64,000 bases of DNA from Desulfocapsa sp. (GCA_021737265.1 JAIPEF010000001.1:5416-69415), one strand, 5' to 3'. Counted from the first letter of the stretch, positions 1 through 11,290 are shown. The notes: generated from the letters alone by a model not told the origin. A program made the numbers and translations.

Positions 1-53
1 CAGGGATTTCCCGCTTCTTCACTGCTTTTTGGTGAAGAGGCTCACTCATCCTT

Positions 54-473
54 TCAAGCGATTCCTCCATCACAGACCCTGCTTCCGGTAACGATTGAAG
101 CGGTGGCCCATACGGGATAACGGCAGAATGCACTCTCCACGGCATCCGGCAATGACAACCGTTGCAGACAGAGGAGGGAAAAGAGCAGGGGCCATATCCC
201 GCCAAGTTTTTTGATCCAGAGTGGAGGCCTTACCCGGCCAAAGCGTTTACGGGAAAAATCTTCCAGCAGACGCCAGGAGAGAGAGGCGAGATAACTTTTG
301 AAACTTCCTTTTCCAGTGTGCCCCTGAAGTCGCTGCCAGGAATCTGCAGCAAGGGAATCCATAACAAAAAGAGCGGCCTCTTCAGCCAATGGGAGTGTTC
401 CGAAACGACGAACGGCAAGGCGGTTAATCAGATCCCAGTGAGACAGTACCTTCTGTTTCCACTGTTCTGTCAT
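54..473 (-). CDS. Sigma-70 region-2-like (ECF-like) hypothetical protein, possibly C-terminally truncated
   Basis: LAEEAALFVMDSL...SFKSYLASLSWRLLEDFSRKR resembles sigma region 2; starts 4 nt after the fabI stop; no region-4 HTH follows. Confidence 0.5.
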   Translation of the reverse strand: MTEQWKQKVLSHWDLINRLAVRRFGTLPLAEEAALFVMDSLAADSWQRLQGHTGKGSFKSYLASLSWRLLEDFSRKRFGRVRPPLWIKKLGGIWPLLFSLLCLQRLSLPDAVESAFCRYPVWATASIVTGSRVCDGGIA

Positions 474-477
474 CTAA

Positions 478-1290
478 TCAGCCAACGGCTCCCTGCACTA
501 TCTCTGAATCAAAATAATTCACCGACATACCGGCATCAACCACCATGGTCTGGGCCGTGATCCCGGATGAGCGGGGGGAGAGGAGAAAAGCGGCAAGGTC
601 AGCTGCTTCCCGGGTCTTGAGGGCTTTTTTACGCAAAATAGCCTTTTCCGCATAGAGATAGCTGTCCACATAGCCTGGAATTCCAGCCGAAGCTGAAGTC
701 TTCAGCAGACTTGGGGCCACGGCATTAAATCGCACCTCGGAAAAGTCGGAAAAGGATTTAGCCAGAAAACAGACCGAGGAGTTCAGGGCTGCTTTAATTG
801 GTGCCATATAGCCGTAGTTTTCCGCAGCCATACTGGTGGTCGAAATGGAGATGGTGACAACCGATGCCTCCCGGGAAAGCAGCTCACGAAAATGATTGCA
901 GATGGAGATAAATGAAAAACAGGAGATATCAAAGGCCTGGAGGAAATCTTTTTTCAGGGTCCCGTGAAAAGGCGTCACCCCTTCTGAATAATTAGCAAAG
1001 GCAATGGAGTGGACAAGGCCATCAATACGCCCGCCATCTGCTTCGCCCACCTCCTCACCAATCTCCTGACGAACCCGGATGATATTCTCTTCATCCGCTA
1101 CATCACAGAGAAATACTGGAGAGTCCGGGAAGAGTTTCCTGGCCGCCTCTACACGTTGCTCAGAACGCACCACATGAATAACTTTCCCGCCTTCTTCAAC
1201 CAGCACTCTACCAATTGCCGCTGCCACTGACTTTTTATTGGCAAGGCCAAATAGTACAAAGGTCTTGTCCTCAATCTTTAAAAAACCCAT
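478..1290 (-). CDS. fabI: Enoyl-[ACP] reductase (SDR family)
   Basis: [27 protein letters not shown] and VRFNAV motifs; start placed at ATG 1290 behind a GAGGAG RBS. Confidence 0.88.
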   Translation of the reverse strand: MGFLKIEDKTFVLFGLANKKSVAAAIGRVLVEEGGKVIHVVRSEQRVEAARKLFPDSPVFLCDVADEENIIRVRQEIGEEVGEADGGRIDGLVHSIAFANYSEGVTPFHGTLKKDFLQAFDISCFSFISICNHFRELLSREASVVTISISTTSMAAENYGYMAPIKAALNSSVCFLAKSFSDFSEVRFNAVAPSLLKTSASAGIPGYVDSYLYAEKAILRKKALKTREAADLAAFLLSPRSSGITAQTMVVDAGMSVNYFDSEIVQGAVG

Positions 1291-1457
1291 CCTCTCCTCT
1301 TTTTCTTTTCCAGACCGCACCCTCAGTTTTTCCAAAGATACACCAGGAAAAGGATGTCTTCAAGACACAATACGGTGGATGGCTCAGATCAACCAGCAAG
1401 TCATCTTAGCGCCTGAAAAGGCTATTTTTTCTCCTCCTTAACCGTATTCCAATACGC

Positions 1458-3122
1458 TTATTTTTTCCCCTCTTGTGCCGCCGACATTATCGCCGGAAGA
1501 AACAACATCATCCCGGGATAGTAGGAGGCCTCGTCACAGAGTTGCTGAGCATGCTCTAATCGTAATATGGCCTCATCAAGAAAAGGTTTTACCCAGGCGG
1601 CCCCTTGGGAATCTATATTGAATATGGACCAGAGGATAAGTTCCATGGCCAATTTGAATTCACTGTTGATTTCGTTCATGAGAGCGAGCTTCTCTTGAAT
1701 TTTCGGTTCATCTCTGGGCCAGACTTCAGCCTGCAGGGCCGCTATTATTTCCTCAATGGCTGAATAGACCCAGGTCGGTGAAGTCGGAATTACAGATTGT
1801 CCGTAGCCGGCAAGGAAGAGAAAGCATCCGGATTCAGGTGGCGGCCAGTTAGCCGGTGGCGGGTTACAGAGAGAGGCAAGGCCAGCAATGTCTGCAAATC
1901 GTTCTTTCAGACCTGAGATGCTTTTATTCACATCCAGGATGGAACAGGTGAGGGGGTCATCTCCCATTTCATACACCTGTACCTTGCTGGTGGGGTCAGT
2001 GGCAAAGGACTTGGTACTGATGGTGCCGGAGTATAATTTGTCGCCTGCGCTGAGGAGGGCTCCGATCCCGTTTACACCATCGATGGACACAACAGGAGAC
2101 CCTGGAACTTCTGTCCATGTATTCCCCCCACTTGTAGTTTCAAAAAGGAGCTTTTCACCGATATAAGCATTCGTTATTCGATCATAGTTTGCCCGATACA
2201 GTTTTCCGTCATGCTCCTGCAGACGCATAATTCCATGACTCAGGACACTGCCATCCACCAGGTAATCCCAACTCGATGGAGAGCCATCCGTGCGATACAC
2301 CCCACTCCCCTCAAACTCTCCAATATAGAGTTTATTATTGAAAGCAGTCATGGCATGGACATGGCCGGGAAGTAGCTCAAGGATAGGAGGAGGAGGCTGT
2401 GACTGGACCTCTTCTTGAAATAAATTCCAGTGTGTTCCGTCGGATGAGCGCCAGATTTGAATACCATTGACATTGTCACGTCCAATACCGGCATACAGAT
2501 ATCCATTAAATACTTCCAGAGAATGAAGATCATGGTTGTTGATATCTCCAAAACCACCAGGATGCAATGCCGGTGACGGCCCCACGACCGGCTCCCAGAC
2601 CCATCCATCCATGGAACGATAAATTGTCATCCCCGAATGACTGAGATAAAGATAACCTTTAAAAACGGCCATATCAGAAATCGAATTATCTGGTGGCAGA
2701 ATGCCCGTCACATTGTACCACTTGAGTCCCTCAAGCGTCCCGAAGACCTCCCCTTTGTCTGTCCCCACAAACAGTGCACTGTTGAAGACAGCCATGGCCA
2801 TTGAACTATCGGATGTGTCCGCACGCCAGAGAGGGGTGACATCCTCCCATATTTTACATCCACTATGGCTGAGTCTGTAGATCTTGGCCGAGGTATAGTG
2901 GCCGACACCAACAAAAATTCTGTTATTATACTGGGACAGACAGAGGGCACGATCAAAGGATTTTTCAAAGATCTTATGCTGGGCGGCACAGGAAGAGGAA
3001 ACCCATAGTTCGCCCCCGATGAACAACGGGCAAAGCGTAAACGAAATGCCAAAAAATACTCCCCGTAAAAGGCTCATGATTCGGTATCTATCAGATATTA
3101 AACCACTACTTGTTGTTGTCAT
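1458..3122 (-). CDS. Putative secreted beta-propeller protein with a helical C-terminal domain
   Basis: Hydrophobic N-terminus; repeated xFNxxLY(V/A)G and IWRSSDGxxW blades; C-terminal MLFLPAI motif. Confidence 0.6.
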   Translation of the reverse strand: MTTTSSGLISDRYRIMSLLRGVFFGISFTLCPLFIGGELWVSSSCAAQHKIFEKSFDRALCLSQYNNRIFVGVGHYTSAKIYRLSHSGCKIWEDVTPLWRADTSDSSMAMAVFNSALFVGTDKGEVFGTLEGLKWYNVTGILPPDNSISDMAVFKGYLYLSHSGMTIYRSMDGWVWEPVVGPSPALHPGGFGDINNHDLHSLEVFNGYLYAGIGRDNVNGIQIWRSSDGTHWNLFQEEVQSQPPPPILELLPGHVHAMTAFNNKLYIGEFEGSGVYRTDGSPSSWDYLVDGSVLSHGIMRLQEHDGKLYRANYDRITNAYIGEKLLFETTSGGNTWTEVPGSPVVSIDGVNGIGALLSAGDKLYSGTISTKSFATDPTSKVQVYEMGDDPLTCSILDVNKSISGLKERFADIAGLASLCNPPPANWPPPESGCFLFLAGYGQSVIPTSPTWVYSAIEEIIAALQAEVWPRDEPKIQEKLALMNEINSEFKLAMELILWSIFNIDSQGAAWVKPFLDEAILRLEHAQQLCDEASYYPGMMLFLPAIMSAAQEGKK

Positions 3123-3639
3123 ACGTTCCTCCTGTCATCATGTTTAGAAAATCACAAAAAAAACGCTACTTCAACTTATTAGTATAAGCTTATCTCCTAA
3201 CAAATGGGGAAGTCAAGTCACCACTTCAACTTTCTCCAGGAGAGATTATTAAAATGGACAAGCCGGTGCTCCCGCAATATCCTGCTTGCCACTGGCAAAA
3301 AAAGTATATTGAGCAAATTATAAACAATTTTTCTGGAGAACTTTGCAGCACCAGAGGGAAGCCTCCTGCTCCAACCTGTTGTTTTTTTCTCCAAATCTGC
3401 TATATTTTTTTCGAACCCTCGCTATTCATTTGCCTCCGGGCACAAGACTGGAACAGTTCCAGCCTTGTTATACCCGGATATGGTTCTCTTTCGTATGTAT
3501 CGGGACGATTCTGTATATGGAAGGATTTTCACCCTAAAGACAGAGCACCCTTTTTAATATCCCCTTATGGGGTGTAAACACTTAACCATTCTCACATCTG
3601 CGTGTTCGCGAGACTGCCAACTGTTATGAGTTTCACATC

Positions 3640-5271
3640 ATGTCAAAATATATAATCGGCATCGACACCGGAGGTACCTATACCGATGCCGTACTCCTTG
3701 ATGCAGCAGACAAACGTGTCCTGGCCACAGCAAAGGAACCGACAACTCACCATCGTCTCGCACTTTCAACCGGCAGAGCCCTGAGAACACTCCTGCAGAA
3801 ATCAGGCGTCAACAAAGATCACGTATCCCGCCTCGCCCTCTCCACCACCCTTGCCACCAATGCGGTGATAGAGAAAAAAGGCGCACGGGTCGCCGCCTTT
3901 GTTATCGGTTACGTAAAACATTTCAGGCTGCCCATCACTGCCACAATCTTTATTAAAGGCGGCCATGACATACATGGAAAGGAAGAAGAGCCGCTGGATA
4001 TCAACAATATCGTTGATACCATCCAGGGTATACGGAACGATGTGGATACCTATGCGGTCTGCTCTGCAATGTCCATGATCAACTCCAGTCATGAACTGGT
4101 CACAGAGAAAGCTATCTCCATGATAGACCCCAAACCGGTCTTCTGTTCCCATACAATCAGTCAACATGCGGGAATGCGGGAACGTACAGCCACTGCTGCT
4201 CTGCATGCCAAACTTATGCCTCTCATGCAGGATTTTATTGCCGGAGTGCAGGCAGCCATGATCGAAAACAAGCTTCACTGCCCTGTTTTTCTTATTGCCG
4301 GTAACGGAACGCAGGTTTCTATAAATGACGCGACTCAGCAGGCGGGTATCACCGTAGCCAGCGGCCCGGCCTGTTCTGCAGGGTTCGGTGCGGCCCAGGG
4401 AATTCAACACGCCCTCGTTGTTGATGTTGGTGGAACTACCACCGATATTGCCATGATTGAAAATGGAGAGACCGCTCTCTCGCCTGAAGGTTGCCAGGTT
4501 GGTGATTGGCAGACCCACGTTGAGGCTGTGGATATGTTCACCGGTGGAGTTGGTGGTGACAGCCATGTGCTGGTGGATGCAAATGGAAAAATCAACCTTG
4601 GTCCGGGGCGGGTAATCCCCTTGTCAATGGCCAAAGGGTTCCCGGAATGTGAAAGCTGGCTGGGAGCGGAGCTCAAGTCCAAGTGCATATCCCTCCTTCC
4701 AAAGTTTGACGCAAGGAAGGAGGATGACCCAATCATTTATGCCCTGGCTGCAAACGGACCATCCACCGCTGACACCATCCGCCAGAAAACAGGCTTTTCC
4801 GGGGTACCACTCGACAAACGGCTGGAACAACTGAGCAGAAATCAGATAATCCTGGAGACCGGATTCACTCCCACAGATGCCCTGCACGTGCTGAAAAAAA
4901 TTAAAATCGGCGATACGCTCAGGGCACAGGCCGGCGCAGAGATCCTTGCAGGACTGCTTGGCATGAATGTGAAAAGCTTCTGCACAACAATCATTGAGAT
5001 GACAGAAATCAGGATCGAGAACCTGCTCATCGACTATGTTATCCACCGCTACTGGGGAAAATCTCTCACCGGTTTTATATCCACCCGTAATGACCAACCG
5101 GTGCTTGACGTCCAGTTCAGCATCAAGATTCCCCTCATCGGTATCGGAGCTGCTGCCCGTTACTTCCTGCCCCGTGTTGCCAAGCGGTTGGGAACCACAG
5201 TGAAATTCCCCGATTATTGTGAAGTGGGTAATGGTGTCGGGGCGGCACTACTTGGACTGGAAAAGTCATAA
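3640..5271 (+). CDS. Hydantoinase/oxoprolinase family protein
   Basis: IGIDTGGTYTDAV, STTLATNA, SGPA and DVGGTTTDIA motifs. Confidence 0.88.
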   Translation: MSKYIIGIDTGGTYTDAVLLDAADKRVLATAKEPTTHHRLALSTGRALRTLLQKSGVNKDHVSRLALSTTLATNAVIEKKGARVAAFVIGYVKHFRLPITATIFIKGGHDIHGKEEEPLDINNIVDTIQGIRNDVDTYAVCSAMSMINSSHELVTEKAISMIDPKPVFCSHTISQHAGMRERTATAALHAKLMPLMQDFIAGVQAAMIENKLHCPVFLIAGNGTQVSINDATQQAGITVASGPACSAGFGAAQGIQHALVVDVGGTTTDIAMIENGETALSPEGCQVGDWQTHVEAVDMFTGGVGGDSHVLVDANGKINLGPGRVIPLSMAKGFPECESWLGAELKSKCISLLPKFDARKEDDPIIYALAANGPSTADTIRQKTGFSGVPLDKRLEQLSRNQIILETGFTPTDALHVLKKIKIGDTLRAQAGAEILAGLLGMNVKSFCTTIIEMTEIRIENLLIDYVIHRYWGKSLTGFISTRNDQPVLDVQFSIKIPLIGIGAAARYFLPRVAKRLGTTVKFPDYCEVGNGVGAALLGLEKS

Positions 5272-5377
5272 GAAGAAACAGCGCACCGAAAAAAGGCCAT
5301 CAACTGTAGTAAACACATTCCGACCAATATGGACTATGAAGGAAAGATTTCGGCCAAAAAACTTCTGCCGGATCTGT

Positions 5378-6445
5378 TTATTTTTCTTCTTCAAAAATGG
5401 ACAAAAACTCTCCATACCCTTCACTTTCCAGCTTTTCCCTGGCAATAAAACGAAGCGCGGCAGAGTTAATACAGTAGCGAAGGCCGGTGGGAGCAGGGCC
5501 ATCGTTAAAGACATGACCAAGATGGGAATCCCCCTGACTGCTGCGAACCTCTGTCCGTACGGTGAAAAGTCTTCGATCTTTTTTCTCCACAATATTTTCA
5601 GATTTCAGGGGCCGAATAAAACTTGGCCAGCCGGTTCCTGACTTAAATTTATCCTTTGAGCTGAAAAGGGGCTCACCGGAGACGATATCCACATAGATCC
5701 CTTCAGCCTTGTTGTCCCAGAACTCATTGTTAAAGGGGGGCTCAGTCCCCTCTTTCTGGGTAACCTTATACTGCATCTTGCTTAGACTGGAACGGAGCTC
5801 CTTGTCCGATGGCTTCCGATAGGTCCCACGTTCCTGAGCCAATTTTTGCGGCCACACCTTTTCCACGAAATATTTTCGTCCGGACCCCTCCTTATAAGCA
5901 GAGTAGTGGGCGTAATTTTTCTTGTAATAGTCCTGATGATATTCCTCTGCAGGATAAAAAGGCTGGACTGCCAGAATCTCTGTGCGGATGGGACGATTAA
6001 ACAGCCCCGACTGCTGGAGGTGATCTTTGGAGTCCTGAGCGGCCTGTTTTTCTTCATCGTTTTGAAAAAAGATAGCTGTTTTGTACTGGGAGCCACGATC
6101 GGCAAACTGTCCCCCACCATCAGTGGGGTCTATCTGGTGCCAGAATGTTTCCACAAGTTCTGCATAGGAAATTTTTTCCGGATCATAACGTACCTCTACA
6201 GCCTCATAGTGGCCAGTACTTCCAGCACTCACCCGGTCATAATTGGCATCCTCTTCAGTGCCACCGGTATATCCTGCCCGAACAGCAATGACACCCGCAA
6301 GCTGCTCAAATGGAGGCTCCATACACCAGAAACACCCTCCACCAAAAATCACTGTCCGTTCTTCAGCCATTACCTCTCTCCCGTTTATTATCAACAGTAG
6401 TATTGCAAATAGTACAACTATTGCTATTCCCATGTTCCGTATCAT
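5378..6445 (-). CDS. msrAB: Bifunctional peptide methionine sulfoxide reductase MsrA/MsrB, exported
   Basis: [28 protein letters not shown] and RYCINSAAL; N-terminal signal; GGAGG RBS. Confidence 0.95.
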   Translation of the reverse strand: MIRNMGIAIVVLFAILLLIINGREVMAEERTVIFGGGCFWCMEPPFEQLAGVIAVRAGYTGGTEEDANYDRVSAGSTGHYEAVEVRYDPEKISYAELVETFWHQIDPTDGGGQFADRGSQYKTAIFFQNDEEKQAAQDSKDHLQQSGLFNRPIRTEILAVQPFYPAEEYHQDYYKKNYAHYSAYKEGSGRKYFVEKVWPQKLAQERGTYRKPSDKELRSSLSKMQYKVTQKEGTEPPFNNEFWDNKAEGIYVDIVSGEPLFSSKDKFKSGTGWPSFIRPLKSENIVEKKDRRLFTVRTEVRSSQGDSHLGHVFNDGPAPTGLRYCINSAALRFIAREKLESEGYGEFLSIFEEEK

Positions 6446-6545
6446 TCAGTGCCTCCAAAATTTGAGAACCATTCCTAATGTAAAGTAATATACATTGTTC
6501 CCATGAGAAACAAGAGAAAAGAGGATTTTTTCCTGCCTTTTTAGT

Positions 6546-6573
6546 TTGAAAATGAAAGCTGAAGGGCTATAGT
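6546..6573 (+). promoter_or_regulatory. Sigma70-like promoter of pyrG, probably leaderless
   Basis: TTGAAA-N16-TATAGT; ATG 6 nt downstream; no Shine-Dalgarno. Confidence 0.5.
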
Positions 6574-6579
6574 GCCAAT

Positions 6580-8232
6580 ATGAAAAATTCAAACCCATCC
6601 ACACGGACCAAATTTATCTTTGTTACCGGCGGAGTCCTTTCCTCCCTCGGGAAAGGACTGGCTGCTGCAGCCATCGGCGCGCTCCTCGAAGCCAGAGGGC
6701 TCACCGTCACCTTTCAGAAACTCGATCCCTATATCAATGTGGATCCGGGAACCATGAACCCCTTCCAGCATGGAGAGGTGTTTGTCACCGACGATGGGGC
6801 TGAAACAGACCTGGATATGGGCCATTACGAGCGTTACACAAACGCAGTCATGGCCCAGAAAAATAATTACACCTCCGGGCGGATCTACTATTCGGTAATC
6901 ACCAAGGAGCGCCGCGGCGAATATCTTGGCGGCACCGTTCAAGTCATTCCGCACATTACTGATGAGATCAAGGCAGCAGTACTCCAGCTTGACGGCAGTG
7001 TGGATGTGGCCATCATCGAGATCGGCGGCACTGTCGGTGACATCGAAGGGCTTCCCTTTATCGAGGCCATCCGCCAGTTACGTGGAGACCTTGGTCGAGA
7101 AAACTCACTGTATATTCACCTCACTCTGATTCCCTATATCAAGGCAGCTGGTGAAGTCAAGACCAAGCCCACCCAGCATTCAGTGCGTGAGCTGCGGGCA
7201 GATGGCATCCAGCCTGACATCCTGGTCTGTCGTACTGAAGTTCCACTCCCCGATGACCTTAAAGCAAAAATCGGCCTTTTTTGTGATGTCACCACAGACG
7301 CGGTTATTACTGCAATTGATGTGGACACTATCTACGAAGTACCGTTGAGACTCCATGCGGAAGGAATTGACACCAAGATCCTCGAACTGCTGAATATCTG
7401 GACAGGCAAACCCAACATCAAACCCTGGGAAGAACTGGTTCACAAGATAAAGAACCCGAAAGATACCATCCAGATTGCCATCACCGGCAAGTACGTGGAT
7501 CTCACCGAATCCTACAAGAGTCTTCACGAATCATTAATACATGGTGGCCTGGCCAACGGTGTAAAAGTTGAATTACGCTATATCAGTGCTGAAAACCTGG
7601 AGACAAAAGATCCGGCAACTCTGCTCAATGGCTGTCATGGTATTCTGGTTCCCGGTGGTTTCGGCCGGCGGGGTGTGGAAGGCAAGATCAACGCCATCAC
7701 CTACGCCCGGGAAAACAAAATTCCATTTTTTGGGATCTGCCTGGGTATGCAGCTTGCTGTTGTAGAATACAGCCGCAACGTGCTGGGGATAAAAGATGCC
7801 CATTCAACGGAGCTCGTTGATAAAACCTCCAATCCGGTTATTTACCTGATCAAAGAATGGTATGATTACCGCACTGAAAAAATGCAGATTCGGGACGAAA
7901 GCTCGGATTTAGGAGGAACTCTGCGCCTTGGCGCCTATCCCTGCGTACTGAGTGATGGGACCTTTGCCAAGACTGCCTACAAGGAAAAGGAAATCTCCGA
8001 ACGGCATCGCCATCGCTATGAGTTTAATAACGACTACCGGGCTCAGTTGGAAGAAAAGGGGCTGGTGATTTCAGGAACCTCACCGGATAACAATCTGGTG
8101 GAGATTGTCGAAATTGCTGACCACCCCTGGTTTCTCGGCTGTCAGTTTCACCCGGAATTCAAATCCAAGCCAATGAAACCGCATCCTCTTTTCCGCGATT
8201 TCATTGCTGCAGCCATCAAACATAAAGGGTGA
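6580..8232 (+). CDS. pyrG: CTP synthase
   Basis: [26 protein letters not shown] and QFHPEF. Confidence 0.98.
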   Translation: MKNSNPSTRTKFIFVTGGVLSSLGKGLAAAAIGALLEARGLTVTFQKLDPYINVDPGTMNPFQHGEVFVTDDGAETDLDMGHYERYTNAVMAQKNNYTSGRIYYSVITKERRGEYLGGTVQVIPHITDEIKAAVLQLDGSVDVAIIEIGGTVGDIEGLPFIEAIRQLRGDLGRENSLYIHLTLIPYIKAAGEVKTKPTQHSVRELRADGIQPDILVCRTEVPLPDDLKAKIGLFCDVTTDAVITAIDVDTIYEVPLRLHAEGIDTKILELLNIWTGKPNIKPWEELVHKIKNPKDTIQIAITGKYVDLTESYKSLHESLIHGGLANGVKVELRYISAENLETKDPATLLNGCHGILVPGGFGRRGVEGKINAITYARENKIPFFGICLGMQLAVVEYSRNVLGIKDAHSTELVDKTSNPVIYLIKEWYDYRTEKMQIRDESSDLGGTLRLGAYPCVLSDGTFAKTAYKEKEISERHRHRYEFNNDYRAQLEEKGLVISGTSPDNNLVEIVEIADHPWFLGCQFHPEFKSKPMKPHPLFRDFIAAAIKHKG

Positions 8233-9071
8233 GCCCCATGGCTGTTTCTGTTGCCACTCCTAACGGAACTCCAATTGAGGTTGGCACTGGAAATCCGCTC
8301 CTCCTCATTGCTGGCCCCTGTGCCCTGGAATCTGAAGATCTGGCACGAAGGGTTGCTGGTGAAATGCAGGAAATCTGCGCCCGCCTTGGCCTCTCCTATG
8401 TCTTTAAGGCCTCTTTTGACAAGGCCAACCGTACTTCACTGAGCTCCTACCGCGGACCAGGCCTTGAAGAGGGGCTGGAAATTCTGAGCAGGATTCGTGA
8501 AGAACTGCAGGTCCCGGTTATCTCTGATGTGCATGATGTCAGCCAGGTTAAACCGGCGGCTGAAGTCCTCGATATTCTCCAGATCCCTGCCTTTCTCTGC
8601 AGACAAACCGACCTGCTGGTAGCTGCAGCCCGGACAGACAAACCCATCAATCTGAAAAAAGGTCAGTTTGTTTCTCCCTGGGATATGGAAAATGGTGTGA
8701 ACAAGCTTCGGGGCGCAGGCGGCACAAAAACCATGTTGGTTGAGCGCGGTGCCAGTTTCGGGTACAACAACCTGGTGGTTGATATGCGTTCCCTTCCTGT
8801 TATGCGCGGATTCGGCTGTCCTGTAATCTATGACGCAACCCACTCGGTACAGCTGCCCGGCGGTGCCGGCGGATCTTCCGGCGGGCAGAGGGAATTCATT
8901 GCCCCCCTGTCGCGTGCTGCAGTCGCCGCAGGCATTGACGGCCTGTTCATGGAAATACACCCCGACCCCGACAAAGCACTTTGCGATGGACCCAATTCCA
9001 TGCCCCTTAATCAGATTGAACCCCTCCTGAAACAGCTGGTGCGTATTCAGGAAGCAGTCAGCCATGGATAA
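8229..9071 (+). CDS. kdsA: KDO8P synthase
   Basis: [27 protein letters not shown] and DATHSVQ; follows pyrG. Confidence 0.97.
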   Translation: MSPMAVSVATPNGTPIEVGTGNPLLLIAGPCALESEDLARRVAGEMQEICARLGLSYVFKASFDKANRTSLSSYRGPGLEEGLEILSRIREELQVPVISDVHDVSQVKPAAEVLDILQIPAFLCRQTDLLVAAARTDKPINLKKGQFVSPWDMENGVNKLRGAGGTKTMLVERGASFGYNNLVVDMRSLPVMRGFGCPVIYDATHSVQLPGGAGGSSGGQREFIAPLSRAAVAAGIDGLFMEIHPDPDKALCDGPNSMPLNQIEPLLKQLVRIQEAVSHG

Positions 9072-9714
9072 CGACTTTTGCACCCCTTCCGGCGACGGTG
9101 ACACCTATCCTTCAGACTGCGAAGTTCGCGAAGGTTATCGTCAGATAGCACGCGATAAAGCAGCCAGGGAAACTCGCAGCAATGCCTGGCAGCTAACGCT
9201 GCCCAAGGCAAAACCCATTAAACTCCTGCTCCTTGATGTGGACGGTGTTCTCACTGACGGCAGCCTCATCTACTCCCATGAAGGCCATGAGTCCAAGGCC
9301 TTTAACACCCAGGACGGTTTTGGTCTGCGCATGCTGCAGGATGCCGGCATTGAGGTAGGTATCATCACGGCAAGAAGCTCTGAAGCACTGACCCGTAGAG
9401 GCCAGGATCTCAAAATCCTTCATCTGTATCAGGGCGCACCCAACAAACTTGATGCTTACAAGGAAATCATCAAAAAAACTGGCCACAAACCTATTGAAAT
9501 CGCCTACATGGGTGATGACTGGCTGGATTTGGTGCTTCTGAAACGTGTCGGTCTGGCTGTGGCTCCTGCCAATGCAGTAACCGAAATAAAAGAGCTGGTA
9601 CATTACACCACCGAAAAATCGGGCGGCCATGGCGCTGTCCGCGAACTCTGTGATCTCATCCTTGAGGCCCAGAATAGACACCAGGAACTTCTTCAGCACT
9701 ATATGAACCGATGA
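9064..9714 (+). CDS. kdsC: KDO8P phosphatase (HAD family)
   Basis: DVDGVLTDG, YMGDD and GGHGAVRE; follows kdsA. Confidence 0.93.
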   Translation: MDNDFCTPSGDGDTYPSDCEVREGYRQIARDKAARETRSNAWQLTLPKAKPIKLLLLDVDGVLTDGSLIYSHEGHESKAFNTQDGFGLRMLQDAGIEVGIITARSSEALTRRGQDLKILHLYQGAPNKLDAYKEIIKKTGHKPIEIAYMGDDWLDLVLLKRVGLAVAPANAVTEIKELVHYTTEKSGGHGAVRELCDLILEAQNRHQELLQHYMNR

Positions 9715-10289
9715 TTAGTCGTAGAAATCTGGTCTGGCTCATTCCTTTTCTCCTCTTTCTCAGCTTTCCCCTGTGGCGTATTCCAGTAGCATCTTTTCTT
9801 TCTCCCCGTGGAGGCTACGATCCCTCCCTGGCCGAACGAAAACTCGACGCCCACAATTTCAACATGGATAACGTACATATCACCCAGAGTGAATATGGCA
9901 AAACCACACTTAAAATTGCAGCTGATCGTGCCTTTACTGGAAAAACTGTGGATGAATTCAGGATGGAAGAAGTCGATGCTGTCATTACAGGAAACAACAG
10001 CGAAAAGACCTTTATCACCTCCAGGAGCGGAATTTTTGATAAACAGACTGCTATTCTCACGCTCATTGATGAAGTTGTTGTGATCAAGCCAAAAGACAAC
10101 GCTGAACTCTACACCGACCTTCTCGTTTACAACAACAAAACCCATATGGCCCACTCACCCGGCAAAACCCAGGTGATTGGAAAGGGTTTTGAGATCCGGG
10201 GCCACAACCTCCTCGTTAACACCCTGACCAAATCCTATAAAATTGACGGCCGGGTTCGCTGTAAACTCACGGGATTCTCCTCTCCCTGA
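9711..10289 (+). CDS. lptC: LPS export periplasmic protein LptC
   Basis: N-terminal TM helix then a beta-jellyroll-like body; canonical position after kdsC. Confidence 0.78.
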   Translation: MISRRNLVWLIPFLLFLSFPLWRIPVASFLSPRGGYDPSLAERKLDAHNFNMDNVHITQSEYGKTTLKIAADRAFTGKTVDEFRMEEVDAVITGNNSEKTFITSRSGIFDKQTAILTLIDEVVVIKPKDNAELYTDLLVYNNKTHMAHSPGKTQVIGKGFEIRGHNLLVNTLTKSYKIDGRVRCKLTGFSSP

Positions 10290-10326
10290 GCACTCTTCAG
10301 GCCTTGAGGAAGGATGGGCAAACCTA

Positions 10327-10394
10327 TTGACATCTTCTACACTCTCTGTTAAATTCACACGAAACATAATTTCGTGTGAATTTAACAGAGAGTG
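10327..10394 (+). promoter_or_regulatory. Sigma70 promoter overlapped by a perfect 25-bp inverted repeat containing a NikR-like operator
   Basis: TTGACA-N17-TAAATT; arms 10340-10364 and 10370-10394; core TTCACAC-N13-GTGTGAA. Confidence 0.7.
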
Positions 10395-10401
10395 AGAAAG
10401 A

Positions 10402-11172
10402 ATGAAACACTTTTCCCTTGGCCTTGTCACCACCGCCCTCCTCCTGATGTGGGTGGACTCCAGTACAGCACATTTTGGTATGGTCATACCAGCAGAACCC
10501 ATAGTCACCCCGGAGAAGAGGTCCATTGAGACCATGCTCTCCTTTTCCCATCCCTTTGAGGAAGTAGGTATGGATCTGGTCAAGCCGGAAAAATTCTATG
10601 TCATCAAAGACGGAAAAAAAACGGACCTGCGGGATACGCTTCAGGAGACAACAATCATGGGGCACCAGGGCTGGCAAAATAGATTCCAGGTCAAACGCCC
10701 CGGAGTCTATCACTTTGTGATGGAACCCGTTCCCTACTGGGAAGCCTCAGAAGACCTCTCCATCATCCATTACACCAAAGTTATTGTCCCGGCCTTTGGC
10801 TCTGAAGACGGCTGGGATCAACCCTTGGGCCTGCCCACAGAAATCGTGCCCCTACTCCGTCCCTTTGGCAACTCTGCAGGAAACAGCTTCAGCGGTCGTG
10901 TTCTATTGAACGGCACAGCCTTCCCGGCAGCTGAGATAGAGGTGGAGTTTTACAATCAAGGGCAACGGGCCAAGGCAGCCAGTGACTACCACATTACCCA
11001 GGTAATCAAGGCAGACGCTGATGGTGTTTTTACCTTTGCCTGCCCCCGGCCAGGATGGTGGGGCTTTTCTGCCCTTTCATCTGCCGACTACTCTCTCAAA
11101 AATCCGCAGGGTGAAGAAAAAGAGGTGGAGCTTGGGGCAGTACTCTGGATCTACATGCATCCCCTGCAATAA
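10402..11172 (+). CDS. DUF4198 family periplasmic protein (NikK/CbiK-type accessory of Ni/Co ECF transport)
   Basis: Signal peptide followed by AHFGMVIP; FSHPFE, PYWE, HYTK and GWWGFSAL. Confidence 0.85.
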   Translation: MKHFSLGLVTTALLLMWVDSSTAHFGMVIPAEPIVTPEKRSIETMLSFSHPFEEVGMDLVKPEKFYVIKDGKKTDLRDTLQETTIMGHQGWQNRFQVKRPGVYHFVMEPVPYWEASEDLSIIHYTKVIVPAFGSEDGWDQPLGLPTEIVPLLRPFGNSAGNSFSGRVLLNGTAFPAAEIEVEFYNQGQRAKAASDYHITQVIKADADGVFTFACPRPGWWGFSALSSADYSLKNPQGEEKEVELGAVLWIYMHPLQ

Positions 11173-11179
11173 CTCAAAA

Positions 11180-11290
11180 AAAATCAAAAAAGCGGCTGTA
11201 GCCCTTATTGACAAAGCCGTTCAGAAACTTGCAGCAAACGGTGATCTGGAAATGATCAGACTACGTTACGTCAATTCTACCTTTTTCTGA
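11180..11290 (+). pseudogene. Remnant of the 3' end of a family-3 substrate-binding protein gene
   Basis: Translates to LIDKAVQKLAANGDLEMIRLRY, resembling the SBP_bac_3 C-terminal helix; no start or upstream body. Confidence 0.45.
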
